The notes beneath the pieces are model-generated. The model made no database searches. It was not told the origin of the DNA and saw nothing but the letters and a program-made list of their open reading frames with translations. DNA of 64,000 bases, from NCBI GenBank assembly GCA_963666565.1, contig OY762911.1:1632001-1696000 (forward strand). Direction: 5' to 3'. How positions within the stretch are numbered: position 1 is the stretch's first letter; each line of letters opens with the position of its first letter. This DNA comes from Thermoanaerobaculia bacterium. GTDB lineage: Bacteria; Acidobacteriota; Thermoanaerobaculia; Multivoradales; Multivoraceae. Both the position numbers and the translations under genes were made by a program. Below are positions 20,259 through 30,057 of the stretch, one piece after another.

Positions 20259-21768
20259 GAGTTCGACAACCGAGAATCCGCCGCGAGCCACCCTGGTGGC
20301 GTCGCTGACCGAGGCGCCCGGCGCGTCCGGCGACGAGGTGCGCGCTCTCTCGGAACAGGCGGACTGCCTGGAGGTGCGAGCGGACCTGGTCGGCGAAGTC
20401 GGCGTCGAGTGGTTGCGGGAGCGGTTCGCGGGCGAGCTCCTCTACACGCTGCGGAGCGAGGCGGAAGGCGGTCGCGGGCCGGTCGAGCCGGAGCGCCGCG
20501 CGGCGCTGCTCTCGGCGGCCCGCGGCTACGACCTGGTCGACATCGAGGCGGACCGCGACCTGGGCAGGACCGTCCTGGACGCGGTCGAACCGGGACGACG
20601 CGTCGTTTCCTGGCACGGGCGGGCCGGAGACGTGAAGGCCCTGCGGGGCCGCCTGAGGCAGGTTTCCGGGGTCGAGGCGCGGCTCTGCAAGCTGGTCGCC
20701 GCCGCGGAGAACTCCGGCGAGGAGCTGGCGCCGCTGGAACTGCTGCTCGAGGAGGGCCGGGAGGACGTCGCGGCCTTCTCGATGGGCGCCGTCGGCGCCT
20801 GGACCCGGCTGGTGGCGCCTCGCTTCGGCGCGCCGTGGATCTACGGCGCCGCGGGGCCGCTCGCCGCCGCGCCCGGCCAGCCGTCCATCGAACGGCTGCG
20901 GGCCGACTACGACCTGCCGCGCCTGCATTGGGCCAGACGGCTGTTCGGCGTCGTCGGCCACCCGACGGCGCACAGCCTGTCGCCCAGGCTGCACAACGCC
21001 GGCTATCGGGACCGGGGCGAGGAGGCGCTCTACGTCGCCTTCGACGCGCCGTCGTTCGAAGAGTTCTGGAGCGAGGTCGCGCGAAGCGACTTCTTCGACC
21101 GCGCGGGCCTGCCCCTGGGAGGCCTGAGCGTCACCGCGCCGCACAAGGCGGCTGCGCTGGCGGCGGCGTCGGAGGCCGGTGACCTGGCGGTGCGCACGGC
21201 GGGCGCGAACACCCTGCTCCCCGGCGCCGGCGAGGCGGCCGGGAGGCCGTGGCGGGCCGAGAGCACCGACCCGGAAGGGGTCGCGGGTCCGCTCCTGCGC
21301 CGCGGCATCGACCTGGCGGGCCGGCCGGCGGCGGTCATCGGCGCCGGCGGGGCCGGGCGTGCGGCCGCCGCCGGTCTCGCCGCGGCGGGCGCCGAAGTCG
21401 CGCTCGCCAACCGCACGGAGTCGACCGGCCGGGCGGCCGCCTCGTCGCTCGGCGTCGCCTTCGTGCCGCTCGATGAACTGGAACCGGGCGCCTTCGACAT
21501 TGTGGTCAACGCCACCTCGCTCGGCGGGCGGCCCGGCGATCCGCTGCCCTGCGACCCGGCGGCGGTCCGTCCCGCGGCGGCCGCGGTCGAGCTGGTCTAC
21601 GGCGGCGGCCCGACGCCCTGGGGCCGGGCGCTCGCGGACCGGGGCGTCGCCGTGGTCGACGGCCGGGAAGTGCTGCTGCATCAGGGACTGGCGCAGTTCG
21701 AGGCGATGACGGGGAAGGACCTGCCCTTCGAGGTCGGCGCAGCGGCCCTGGGTCTGGAGGCGCGATGA
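20257..21768 (+). CDS. aroE: Fused type I 3-dehydroquinate dehydratase / shikimate dehydrogenase (AroD-AroE)
   Basis: N-term EVRADL, YTLRSEAEGG, APGQ; C-term GHPTAHSLSP, SVTAPHK, GAGGAGRA, VNAT; TTG start 9 nt after GAAGGAGG. Confidence 0.88.
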   Translation: MSSTTENPPRATLVASLTEAPGASGDEVRALSEQADCLEVRADLVGEVGVEWLRERFAGELLYTLRSEAEGGRGPVEPERRAALLSAARGYDLVDIEADRDLGRTVLDAVEPGRRVVSWHGRAGDVKALRGRLRQVSGVEARLCKLVAAAENSGEELAPLELLLEEGREDVAAFSMGAVGAWTRLVAPRFGAPWIYGAAGPLAAAPGQPSIERLRADYDLPRLHWARRLFGVVGHPTAHSLSPRLHNAGYRDRGEEALYVAFDAPSFEEFWSEVARSDFFDRAGLPLGGLSVTAPHKAAALAAASEAGDLAVRTAGANTLLPGAGEAAGRPWRAESTDPEGVAGPLLRRGIDLAGRPAAVIGAGGAGRAAAAGLAAAGAEVALANRTESTGRAAASSLGVAFVPLDELEPGAFDIVVNATSLGGRPGDPLPCDPAAVRPAAAAVELVYGGGPTPWGRALADRGVAVVDGREVLLHQGLAQFEAMTGKDLPFEVGAAALGLEAR

Positions 21769-22832
21769 AGATCTCCGCGGGCCTGCCGACCGGAGTGTCG
21801 GCCGCTCTCTTCGACAGCGCCAGGCGGCGCCGGCGCCTGGAGGCGCGCCTTTCGGGTCTGCTGGAGGAACGCGGCTTCGCCGAGGTCCTGCTGCCCATCC
21901 TCGACTACTTCGAACCGTACCGGCCGTTGCTGACGGGCCGGCGGCTGGAGCAGCTCTACCGCTTCGTCGACCGGGACGGTCAACTGCTCGTCCTGCGCGG
22001 CGACTTCACGCCGATGCTGGCGCGGCTGCTGGCGCCGCACCTCGACGAACTGGAGTTGCCGCTGCGCCTCTACTACCGGGGCGATGTCGTGCGGCACCAG
22101 CCGCTGCGTCCGGGCCGGATGCGCGAGTACTCCCAGTTGGGCGCCGAACTGCTCGGCGGCGACGAGGCCGAGGCGGACGAGGGGATGCTGACGCTGTTCC
22201 TCGACCTGCTGCTCGAGGCGCGGGGCGCCGAAGGGGACGCTCTGTCGGGAACCGGCGCGGGAAGCCAGCCAGAAGGCCGATGCACCGACAGTGAGTCTGA
22301 GGCCGAGCGCACTGGCGAGGACGCGGCGCTTCGGGTCGTGCTCGGCGCGGCGGGAGCGCTCGACGAGGCCCTTCTGGCTGCCGGCGAGCAAGAAGCCTCC
22401 GACCTTGCGTTGCGGATCGCCAGCCGCGACCGGGCCGCGGCGCGCCGGGCCGGCCTGGCCGAGGTCGTCGAACGCGGCTACCCGTCCGACCTCTCCGTTC
22501 TGGGCGAGGCCGCCGGCGCGGTGTCCGAGCTGGTCGCCCTGCGCGACCGACTGGCCGCCGCGTACCGGTCCCGCGGCATCGAGATCGAGGTCGACCTCGC
22601 CGAGTTCGCCGCCGCCGCGCTCGACAGGCGCATCGGCGTGGCCGCGGGTCCGCGCGGCTACTACGACGGCCTGATGTTCGCGGCCTACGCGCCGGGGACG
22701 GCCCTGGCCCTCGGCGTCGGCGGCCGCTACGACCGGGTGTTCCGCTCGCTCAGCGGCGACTGCTCCGCGGTCGGCTTCTCGTTCGGCCTCGATCTGCTGC
22801 TGGAACTCGGCGCCGCGGAGGCGCGGTCATGA
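21765..22832 (+). CDS. hisZ: ATP phosphoribosyltransferase regulatory subunit
   Basis: LRGDFTPMLAR, REYSQLGAE, YYDGLMF, GGRYD; next to a short HisG. Confidence 0.9.
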   Translation: MKISAGLPTGVSAALFDSARRRRRLEARLSGLLEERGFAEVLLPILDYFEPYRPLLTGRRLEQLYRFVDRDGQLLVLRGDFTPMLARLLAPHLDELELPLRLYYRGDVVRHQPLRPGRMREYSQLGAELLGGDEAEADEGMLTLFLDLLLEARGAEGDALSGTGAGSQPEGRCTDSESEAERTGEDAALRVVLGAAGALDEALLAAGEQEASDLALRIASRDRAAARRAGLAEVVERGYPSDLSVLGEAAGAVSELVALRDRLAAAYRSRGIEIEVDLAEFAAAALDRRIGVAAGPRGYYDGLMFAAYAPGTALALGVGGRYDRVFRSLSGDCSAVGFSFGLDLLLELGAAEARS

Positions 22833-22908
22833 TCGCGTTCCGCATGTCGCCCGGCTTCTCGTTCGGTCTCGATCGTCTGCTCGAACCTGGGACGGCGGAG
22901 GCACGGTC

Positions 22909-23547
22909 ATGATCGCGTTCGGTCTTCCGAAGGGGCGCAACCTCGGTCCGGCGCGCGCCGCCCTCTCGGCCGCGGGGCTCAACCTCGACGGTCTCGGTTC
23001 CTCGCGGCTGCGCCAACGGTTTCCCGATCAGTACGTGCTGGAGACGCCGGTCGAGGTGTTGCTGCTCAAGGACTGGGACCTGCCGCTCTACGTCGAGCAT
23101 GGGATCGTCGACTGCGCGATCGTCGGTTCGGACGTGCTCGAGGAAACGCAGCCCGACGTCTTCCGGCCGCTCCAACTGCGTGACGGCAGGAGCCGCCTGT
23201 CCCTGATCGCCGAAACGCCCGGCCTGCCGAAGCGGAGCGGCCAGCTCCGGGCGGCGACCCGCTATCCGGCCTGGGCCGCGCGGCTGCTGGCTGAGCGAAA
23301 CCTCCACGTCGAGGTGATCCACCTGACCAGTTCGATCGAACTCGGCCCGCTGCTCGACCTGACGGACGTGGCGGTAGACATCGTGCAGACCGGCGGCACG
23401 CTGCGAGCCCACGACCTGCACGAAGTCGAGGTGCTGGCGGAGGTGGCGCCGACTTTCGTCGTCAACCGGGCCTCGTTCCACGCCCACCGGCGCCGCCTGA
23501 GCCGGCTGCTCGGCGCGCTCGAAGAACGGGAGGCGGGCGATGACTGA
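22909..23547 (+). CDS. hisG: ATP phosphoribosyltransferase (short form)
   Basis: LPKGR, DLPLYVEHG, ATRYP, DIVQTGGTL. Confidence 0.9.
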   Translation: MIAFGLPKGRNLGPARAALSAAGLNLDGLGSSRLRQRFPDQYVLETPVEVLLLKDWDLPLYVEHGIVDCAIVGSDVLEETQPDVFRPLQLRDGRSRLSLIAETPGLPKRSGQLRAATRYPAWAARLLAERNLHVEVIHLTSSIELGPLLDLTDVAVDIVQTGGTLRAHDLHEVEVLAEVAPTFVVNRASFHAHRRRLSRLLGALEEREAGDD

Positions 23548-25195
23548 GTCGCGTTCCGGTGTGCCTGAGGCGGTGGAGGCTGGCATGGCCAAGGCGCCTT
23601 CCGCGCCTGAAGAAGCGGAGGCCGGCGTGGCCAGCGTGCGCTCCGGCGTGCTTCGGGTGCTCGCCGCCGGAGGTCCGGCCGGCCGGGAGCGGCTGGAACT
23701 CCTCGACCGGCGGGGCCGCGGCGGCATCGCCGCGGAGATCCGCCAGACGGCCGCCGAGATCGTCGACTGCGTACGCGCCGGCGGCGACGCCGCCCTGCTC
23801 GAAGCGGTCGCCCGCTTCGACGGCTACCAGGCGGAGACGGCGGATTCCGCTACGGTGGAACGGGCTGCCCGCTGGGTGCGCGGGTCTTCCGACCCGCTGC
23901 CGCCGGAGGCGGCGGAAGTACGCACCGCCCGGAAGGCCGGCGCCGCTCTCGTCGCCGGCCTTCGGCCGGCGGCCCTGTCGTCCGGGCTCGGCCGCTCCGC
24001 AGCGCCGCCCGTGAGCGGGTCGGAAGACCCGCGCACCCAGCGGGCGGCCCGTTCGATGGAAGCGCGGTCGGCCACGGCGCTGCGCCTGACCGGCGGCGGC
24101 GACGCCGGCGACGAAGTCGCGCCCTCCGTCCTCGCCGCCATCGACCGGGCCCGGGACGCGATCGAGACTTGGCATCGCGCCCTGCTGCGCGGCTCCGGCG
24201 TCGAACGCGTCGAGCGCGACGGCGTCACGATCGAGGAGCGCCGAATCGCCATTCGCCGCGTCGGCCTCTACGTGCCGGGCGGCCGCTTCCCCTATCCCTC
24301 GACCGTGCTGATGACCGCGATACCAGCGCGGCTCGCCGGCGTGGAGGAGATCGTCGTCGCCACGCCGCCCCGGGCGTATCTGGAGAGCCCGGTGCTGCGG
24401 CACGTCCTGGACCTCGCCGGAGTCGACGAGGTGTGGGGCATGGGCGGCGCCCACGCGGTCGCGGCGCTTGCCTACGGCACGGAGTCGATCCGCCCCGTCG
24501 ACCTGATCGCGGGACCGGGCAACGCCTGGGTCGCGGCCGCCAAGCAGCATGTCGCCTCGGACGTCGGCGTCGACCGGGACGCCGGGCCGTCCGAGGTCGT
24601 CGTCGTCGCCACCGCGGGCGCGCCGGCGGAGTGCGTCGCCGCCGACCTGCTGGCGCAGGCGGAGCACGACCCGCTGGCGGTCGCCGTCCTGGTCACCGAC
24701 TCCGCCGACCTTGCCGCCCGCGTCGCCGCGGAAGTCGACCGGCAACTCGCCGGCCTGCCGACGGCGGAGACTGCGGCCGCGGCTCTGGATCGCCACGGCG
24801 CGGCCTTCGTCGCCGCCGACTTGGACGAGGCGCTCGCGCTCGCCGAGCGCATCGCCCCGGAGCACCTGCAGTTGATCGGCGGCGCCGCCGAGGCGCGCGC
24901 GGGCGAGCTCCGCAACGCCGGCGCCGTGTTCGTCGGCGCGTCGTCGCCGGTCGCGTTCGGGGACTACGTCGCCGGCCCCAGCCACGTCCTGCCGACGGGC
25001 GGCAGCGCGCGCTTCTCCTCCGGCCTCGGCACGGACGACTTCCTGCGCCGCAGCCACACCGTCCGCTTCTCGGACGAGGCCGCGGCGGCCTGGGCCGGCG
25101 CGGTCGAGACCCTGGCGACCACGGAGGGGCTCGCCGCCCACGCGGCGGCCGCGCGGTTGCGCCGCGAGTCCGGCGACCGGGAGGCCGCGCCATGA
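23540..25195 (+). CDS. hisD: Histidinol dehydrogenase (with ~66-aa in-frame REP-doublet insertion)
   Basis: GLYVPGG, GPGNAWV, AGPSE, QAEH, APEHL, GDYVAGPSHVLPT. Confidence 0.92.
   Translation: MTESRSGVPEAVEAGMAKAPSAPEEAEAGVASVRSGVLRVLAAGGPAGRERLELLDRRGRGGIAAEIRQTAAEIVDCVRAGGDAALLEAVARFDGYQAETADSATVERAARWVRGSSDPLPPEAAEVRTARKAGAALVAGLRPAALSSGLGRSAAPPVSGSEDPRTQRAARSMEARSATALRLTGGGDAGDEVAPSVLAAIDRARDAIETWHRALLRGSGVERVERDGVTIEERRIAIRRVGLYVPGGRFPYPSTVLMTAIPARLAGVEEIVVATPPRAYLESPVLRHVLDLAGVDEVWGMGGAHAVAALAYGTESIRPVDLIAGPGNAWVAAAKQHVASDVGVDRDAGPSEVVVVATAGAPAECVAADLLAQAEHDPLAVAVLVTDSADLAARVAAEVDRQLAGLPTAETAAAALDRHGAAFVAADLDEALALAERIAPEHLQLIGGAAEARAGELRNAGAVFVGASSPVAFGDYVAGPSHVLPTGGSARFSSGLGTDDFLRRSHTVRFSDEAAAAWAGAVETLATTEGLAAHAAAARLRRESGDREAAP
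23858..24054. mobile_element. REP doublet (REPIN-like) inserted in frame in hisD
   Basis: Inverted REP-A copies 23874-23897 and 24015-24038 with extended arms; spacer homologous to the intergenic doublet at 50085-50221. Confidence 0.8.
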
Positions 25196-26334
25196 GCGGC
25201 CGCGCCGAACGGGCGGCCGCCCTGGTGCGGCCGGAGGTGCGCGACCTGTCGGTCTACTCGCTGCACCAGGTCGAGGCCCGCTACAAGCTCGATCAGAACG
25301 AGGCGCCCTGGGACCTGCCTGGGTCGCTCAAGCGGGAGGCGCTGGCCCGGCTGGCCGACCGGCCCTGGTCGGAGTACCCGGACTTTCACGCCGACCGGCT
25401 GCGCCGGCTGATCGGCGACCTGCACGAGTGGCCCATGGAGGGCGTCCTGGTCGGCAACGGCTCCGGCGAACTCCTCGCGACCGTGCTCGAGGGGGTCGTC
25501 CGCCCCGGCCAGGAAGTGCTCATCTGCGACCCGAGTTTCAGTCCCTACAGGACCTTCGTCGCGCGCGCCGCCGGCGTGCCGCGGCATCTGGAACCGGCTC
25601 CCGACCTGGGCCTGCAGATGGACGCACTCCAGGCCGAGGTCGACCGCGACCCGCGGCGGCCGGCGCTCCTCTGCACGCCGAACAACCCGACCGGCGCGGC
25701 GGCGGCGCCCGAAGCGGTGGAGCGCCTGGCGCGGTCCCTGGACGCGGCCCTTCTGCTCGACAACGCGTACGGCGAGTTCTGCCGTCACGACTACCGGCCG
25801 CTGCTGCGGGCGAACCGGAACATCGTCCTCTTCCGGACCCTGTCGAAGGCCTGGTCCCTGGGCGGAATCCGGCTCGGCTACCTGCTCGCCGCGCCCGAAC
25901 TCGTCGCCCAGTTGATCAAGGTCAAGCTGGCCTACAGCGTCGGCCATGCCGCGGCCGCGATCGGCGAGGTGGCGCTGGAGCACGCCCGCCGTTTCCCTCG
26001 CCGGATCGCGGTAGTGCTGGCGCGGCGGAGCCAGTGGGCCGCGATGCTCCGGGAGTTCGGCTTCGAGGTCTTCGAGTCGGAGGCGAACTTCCTGCTCGCC
26101 CGCCACCCGCGCTGCGGCGAGATCCGCGACGGTCTGGCGGCCGCGGGCATCCTGATCCGGGACGTCAGCGGGTACCCGGGGCTGGCGAACTGCATGAGAA
26201 TCGGCATCGGCGCCGGGCCGGCCCTGCGCGCGACCCGCCGCGCGCTGGCCGGGATGTCGGGGGCCGCCGGCGCGAAAGCGCCGGCGCACCCGGTTTCCGC
26301 CGCGCAAGCCCCGAACGGGGGAGGAGAACGATGA
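25192..26334 (+). CDS. hisC: Histidinol-phosphate aminotransferase
   Basis: LDQNE, YP, GNGSGE, PNNPTG, DNAY, RTLSKAWSLGGIRLGY. Confidence 0.93.
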   Translation: MSGRAERAAALVRPEVRDLSVYSLHQVEARYKLDQNEAPWDLPGSLKREALARLADRPWSEYPDFHADRLRRLIGDLHEWPMEGVLVGNGSGELLATVLEGVVRPGQEVLICDPSFSPYRTFVARAAGVPRHLEPAPDLGLQMDALQAEVDRDPRRPALLCTPNNPTGAAAAPEAVERLARSLDAALLLDNAYGEFCRHDYRPLLRANRNIVLFRTLSKAWSLGGIRLGYLLAAPELVAQLIKVKLAYSVGHAAAAIGEVALEHARRFPRRIAVVLARRSQWAAMLREFGFEVFESEANFLLARHPRCGEIRDGLAAAGILIRDVSGYPGLANCMRIGIGAGPALRATRRALAGMSGAAGAKAPAHPVSAAQAPNGGGER

Positions 26335-26948
26335 GAACAGCGTCGATCGACCGGAGAACGTCCGAGACCCAGGTCCGCGCCGAACTGTCGCTCGACGGCG
26401 GGGACCGCCGGATCGACACGCCGAACGGGTTCTTCAGCCACATGCTGGACGCGCTGACCCGCCACGGCGGCCTGGGGCTAGACCTCGCGGCCCGCGGCGA
26501 TACGGAGATCGACCTCCATCACACGGTGGAGGACACCGGAATCGTGCTCGGCGACGCGCTCCGGGAGGCGCTCGGCGACCGCGCCGGGGTGCGCCGGTTC
26601 GCGCACGCCTACGCTCCGCTCGACGAGGCCCTGGCGCGCGCCGTGGTCGATCTCTCGGGCCGGGGTTCCTTCCACTTCCGGCTGCCGCCGGACCTGGAGC
26701 AGGCGTGGGTGACGACCGAGTTCCCGCTCACCCTGGTGGGCGACTTCTTCGGCGCCCTGGCCGACCGCGGCCGGCTGACCCTGCACCTGGACGTGCTCCG
26801 CGGGCGCAACCCGCACCACGTCGCCGAGGCCGCCTTCAAGGCGGCGGCGCTCTCATTGCGCGAGGCAGTGTCGCTCCGGCCGGCGGCGTCTCCGGGGGCG
26901 GAAGGGGCCGCCGACGTACCGAGCACGAAGGGGAGCCTCACCGCATGA
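26331..26948 (+). CDS. hisB: Imidazoleglycerol-phosphate dehydratase
   Basis: HHTVED, PLDEAL, NPHHVAEAAFKA, VPSTKG. Confidence 0.95.
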   Translation: MRTASIDRRTSETQVRAELSLDGGDRRIDTPNGFFSHMLDALTRHGGLGLDLAARGDTEIDLHHTVEDTGIVLGDALREALGDRAGVRRFAHAYAPLDEALARAVVDLSGRGSFHFRLPPDLEQAWVTTEFPLTLVGDFFGALADRGRLTLHLDVLRGRNPHHVAEAAFKAAALSLREAVSLRPAASPGAEGAADVPSTKGSLTA

Positions 26949-27718
26949 CCGGCGCGGCGACATCCCGGGAAGCCGGGCTACCCGCCGGTATCCGGCGCGC
27001 TTCCCCCGCGTCGCAGTTCGCCCGGCCCGCGGGCGCGGGCGTCCGCGCGACGGTGATCGACGCCGGGGTCGGCAACATCGGCAACCTGGTGCGGGCGCTC
27101 CGCCACCTGGGCGCCGAGGTCGAGATCACCTGCGACCCGGCAACGATCCGCGCCTCCCGCTGCCTCGTGCTGCCGGGAGTCGGCGCCTTCCGGCCGCCGC
27201 GCGAGGTCCTGCGCGGCGCGCCCGAGGAGGCGATCCGGGCCGCCCTCGAAGGCGGCGCCACCCTGCTCGGCATCTGCATCGGCTACCAGCTCCTGTTCGA
27301 CGGCAGCGAGGAGTTCGGGACGACGGACGGCCTCGCGCTGCTTCCCGGCCGGGTTACCGAACTGCCCGGCGGCGTACCGCTGCCCCACATCGGCTGGAAC
27401 CGCGTCTTCGCGGTCGAGGACCACCCCCTGCTCGCCGGCTCGACGAACGACGACCACTACTACTTCGTCCACTCCTTCGCGCCCGAGGGCGTCCCGGAGG
27501 AGTCGGTCCTCGGGCGCTGCCGGCATGGCCGCAGTTTCCCGGCGATCGCCGGTCGCGGCCGGGTCGCCGGCACCCAGTTCCACCCCGAGAAGAGCGGCGC
27601 CGCCGGCCTGCGGCTGCTGAGCAACTACCTGGCCTGGGCCGGCGACCTCGCCGCCGGCGCCGATGGAGGAGCCCCGGAGGGCCATGGAGGAACACATGCA
27701 ACTGCTGCCGGCCATTGA
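26945..27718 (+). CDS. hisH: Imidazole glycerol phosphate synthase glutaminase subunit
   Basis: LPGVGAF, GICIG, PHIGWN, YFVHS, QFHPEKS. Confidence 0.93.
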   Translation: MTGAATSREAGLPAGIRRASPASQFARPAGAGVRATVIDAGVGNIGNLVRALRHLGAEVEITCDPATIRASRCLVLPGVGAFRPPREVLRGAPEEAIRAALEGGATLLGICIGYQLLFDGSEEFGTTDGLALLPGRVTELPGGVPLPHIGWNRVFAVEDHPLLAGSTNDDHYYFVHSFAPEGVPEESVLGRCRHGRSFPAIAGRGRVAGTQFHPEKSGAAGLRLLSNYLAWAGDLAAGADGGAPEGHGGTHATAAGH

Positions 27719-28493
27719 CCTGCGGCGCGGCCAGGTCGTGCGCCTTATGCGCGGCGACGACGCCCGCCGCACGGTCTACGACGCCGACCCGGGCGCCGCT
27801 CTCCGCCGCTACCGCGAGGCGGGGGTGGCCCGCGTCCACGTCGTCGACCTGGACGCGGCGTTCGGCGGCCCGCCGCAGCGCGGCGTCGTCGAAAGACTCG
27901 CGCGGCAGGCGCCGGCCGCCGCAGGAAAGGGGTCCAAGGCTGACGTGGAAGCGCGGACGTCCAGTTCGCCGTCCGGGGCGGCGCCGCGGGCCGGCATCCA
28001 GCTCGGCGGCGGCCTGCGCGACCGCGAGGCGGTGGAGTGGGCCTTCGCGGCCGGCTGCGAACGGGCCGTCGCGACCTCGCTCGTCGTGCGCGACTTCGAC
28101 GCGTTCGCAGACCTCTGCGGTGACTACCCGGGCCGCATGGTAGCGGCGCTCGACATGGACGGCGGCGAGGTCCGCCTTGCCGGCTGGACCGAGTCGGCCG
28201 ACCGTTCGCCGGCGGCGCTCTGCGCGCAACTCGCCGGCCTGCCGATCGCCGCCGTGCTCGTGACCGACATTTCGCGGGACGGGATGATGCAGGGCCCGAA
28301 CATCGACCTCGCCTGCCGGATCGGCGACCTGGCCGGAGCGCCGGCGATCCTCTCCGGCGGCGTCCGCTCGGCGGCCGATCTCGAAGCCGCGGCGCGGCGG
28401 CCCGAACTCGAAGCCGCGATCGTCGGCCGTGCGCTCTACGACGGTTCGCTCAGCCTGAACGAGGCAATTGCAGCCTGCGGGAGCTCGCCGTGA
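27696..28493 (+). CDS. hisA: ProFAR isomerase
   Basis: [42 protein letters not shown]. Confidence 0.92.
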   Translation: MQLLPAIDLRRGQVVRLMRGDDARRTVYDADPGAALRRYREAGVARVHVVDLDAAFGGPPQRGVVERLARQAPAAAGKGSKADVEARTSSSPSGAAPRAGIQLGGGLRDREAVEWAFAAGCERAVATSLVVRDFDAFADLCGDYPGRMVAALDMDGGEVRLAGWTESADRSPAALCAQLAGLPIAAVLVTDISRDGMMQGPNIDLACRIGDLAGAPAILSGGVRSAADLEAAARRPELEAAIVGRALYDGSLSLNEAIAACGSSP

Positions 28494-29299
28494 GAGCCAC
28501 CATCGAGCCGACCGGCCTGACCCGCCGGATCATCCCGTGCCTCGACGTCGCCGCCGGCCGCGTCGTCAAGGGCGTCCAGTTCAAGAACCTGACCGACCAC
28601 GGCGACCCGACCGAGGCGGCGGCGCGCTACGCCGCCGAGGGCGCCGACGAGATCGTCTTCCTGGACATTATGGCCGCGCCCGAGCGCCGCGACACGGACC
28701 TGGACTGGGTGCGGCGGACGGCCGAGCAGGTGTTCATCCCTCTGAGCGTCGCCGGCGGGGTGCGCAGCGTCGAGGATGGCCGGAAGCTGCTCCTGGCTGG
28801 CGCCGACAAGCTGGGGATCAACACGGCCGCGGTCGCCGAGCCGGAACTGCTGACCCGCCTCGCCGAACGCTTCGGCAGCCAGTGCGTCGTGCTCCCGGTG
28901 GACGCGAAGCGCCGCGAGGAAGACGGCGCGGACGGCCCGCGCTGGGAGGTCGTCACCCACGGCGGCCGCACGCCTACCGGACTCGACGCGCTCGAGTGGA
29001 TCGAGGCCGGCATCGAGCGCGGCGCCGGCGAGATCCTGCTCACCAGCATCGACAGCGACGGCACGAAGGAGGGCTACGACCTGGAACTGCTGCGCCGGGC
29101 CTCGGCGCTCTCGCCCGTGCCGGTCATCGCCTCCGGCGGCGCCGGTACGCTGGAGCACTTGGCCGACGCGCTCGAGACCGGCGCCGCCGCGGTGCTTGCC
29201 GCCTCGATCTTCCACCAGTCGACCTACTCGGTCGGCGCGGTCAAGGACTACCTCGGCCGGCGCTACCCGATCCGCCTTGAGACAGGAGAGAACACGTGA
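28490..29299 (+). CDS. hisF: Imidazole glycerol phosphate synthase cyclase subunit
   Basis: [35 protein letters not shown]. Confidence 0.96.
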   Translation: MRATIEPTGLTRRIIPCLDVAAGRVVKGVQFKNLTDHGDPTEAAARYAAEGADEIVFLDIMAAPERRDTDLDWVRRTAEQVFIPLSVAGGVRSVEDGRKLLLAGADKLGINTAAVAEPELLTRLAERFGSQCVVLPVDAKRREEDGADGPRWEVVTHGGRTPTGLDALEWIEAGIERGAGEILLTSIDSDGTKEGYDLELLRRASALSPVPVIASGGAGTLEHLADALETGAAAVLAASIFHQSTYSVGAVKDYLGRRYPIRLETGENT

Positions 29300-30057
29300 C
29301 GGAAGCGACGATCGACCCCGCGGCCCTCACCTACGACGACCGCGGCCTGCTGCCCGTCGTGGTCCAGGACGTGCTCTCGGGCGCGGTGCTCATGCTCGCC
29401 TACGCGAACCGCGAGGCGGTGGAACTGACGCTCGCCACGGGTCAGGCCCACTTCTTCAGCCGCTCCCGCCAGGAGCTCTGGCGCAAGGGCGCCACCTCGG
29501 GCAACACGCTGGCCGTGGTCGAGGTGCTCCAGGACTGCGACCGGGACGCGCTGCTGGTGCGGGCGCTGCCGGCGGGGCCGGCGTGCCACAACTACACGCG
29601 GAGTTGCTTCGAGCCGAACGTGGCCGAGTTCGAGCTCGGCTGGCTGGCGCACATCCTCGCCGAGCGCGCCTCCGCGCCGCCGGAGGAGAGCTACACCGCG
29701 CGCTTGGTCGGCCAGGGCGTGGACCGGATCGCCCGCAAGGTCGCGGAGGAGGCGGGGGAGACCGTGATCGCCGGGGTGCGCGCCGACGCCGAGCCCGGGT
29801 CGGTAGAACGCCGCGACGATCTGGCCGCCGAGACCGCCGACCTCGCGTACCACCTGCTGGTCCTGCTCCAGGCCACCGGTGTCGAACTCGCCGACGTGGC
29901 CGCCGAACTTGGACGGCGCCACCAGGAAGCGCGGGGAACCGGCCGTGCGCCGGGTCCGCCGGCGTCCGCATCGGCTACCGGATGCGGGTCGGAAGACCCG
30001 CGCACCCGGCGCGCGCGGCGGCAGGTTGCGGGCAAGACCGGGAAGGAGCCGTCATGA
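29296..30057 (+). CDS. hisIE: Bifunctional PR-AMP cyclohydrolase / PR-ATP pyrophosphatase
   Basis: [34 protein letters not shown]; C-terminal tail contains a REP-A copy (29984-30007). Confidence 0.93.
   Translation: MTEATIDPAALTYDDRGLLPVVVQDVLSGAVLMLAYANREAVELTLATGQAHFFSRSRQELWRKGATSGNTLAVVEVLQDCDRDALLVRALPAGPACHNYTRSCFEPNVAEFELGWLAHILAERASAPPEESYTARLVGQGVDRIARKVAEEAGETVIAGVRADAEPGSVERRDDLAAETADLAYHLLVLLQATGVELADVAAELGRRHQEARGTGRAPGPPASASATGCGSEDPRTRRARRQVAGKTGKEPS

Noticed and set aside
27696-28493. HisA as bifunctional PriA
   Set aside because: A separate trpF exists and the loop reads LAGW rather than the RGW seen in PriA; no support.
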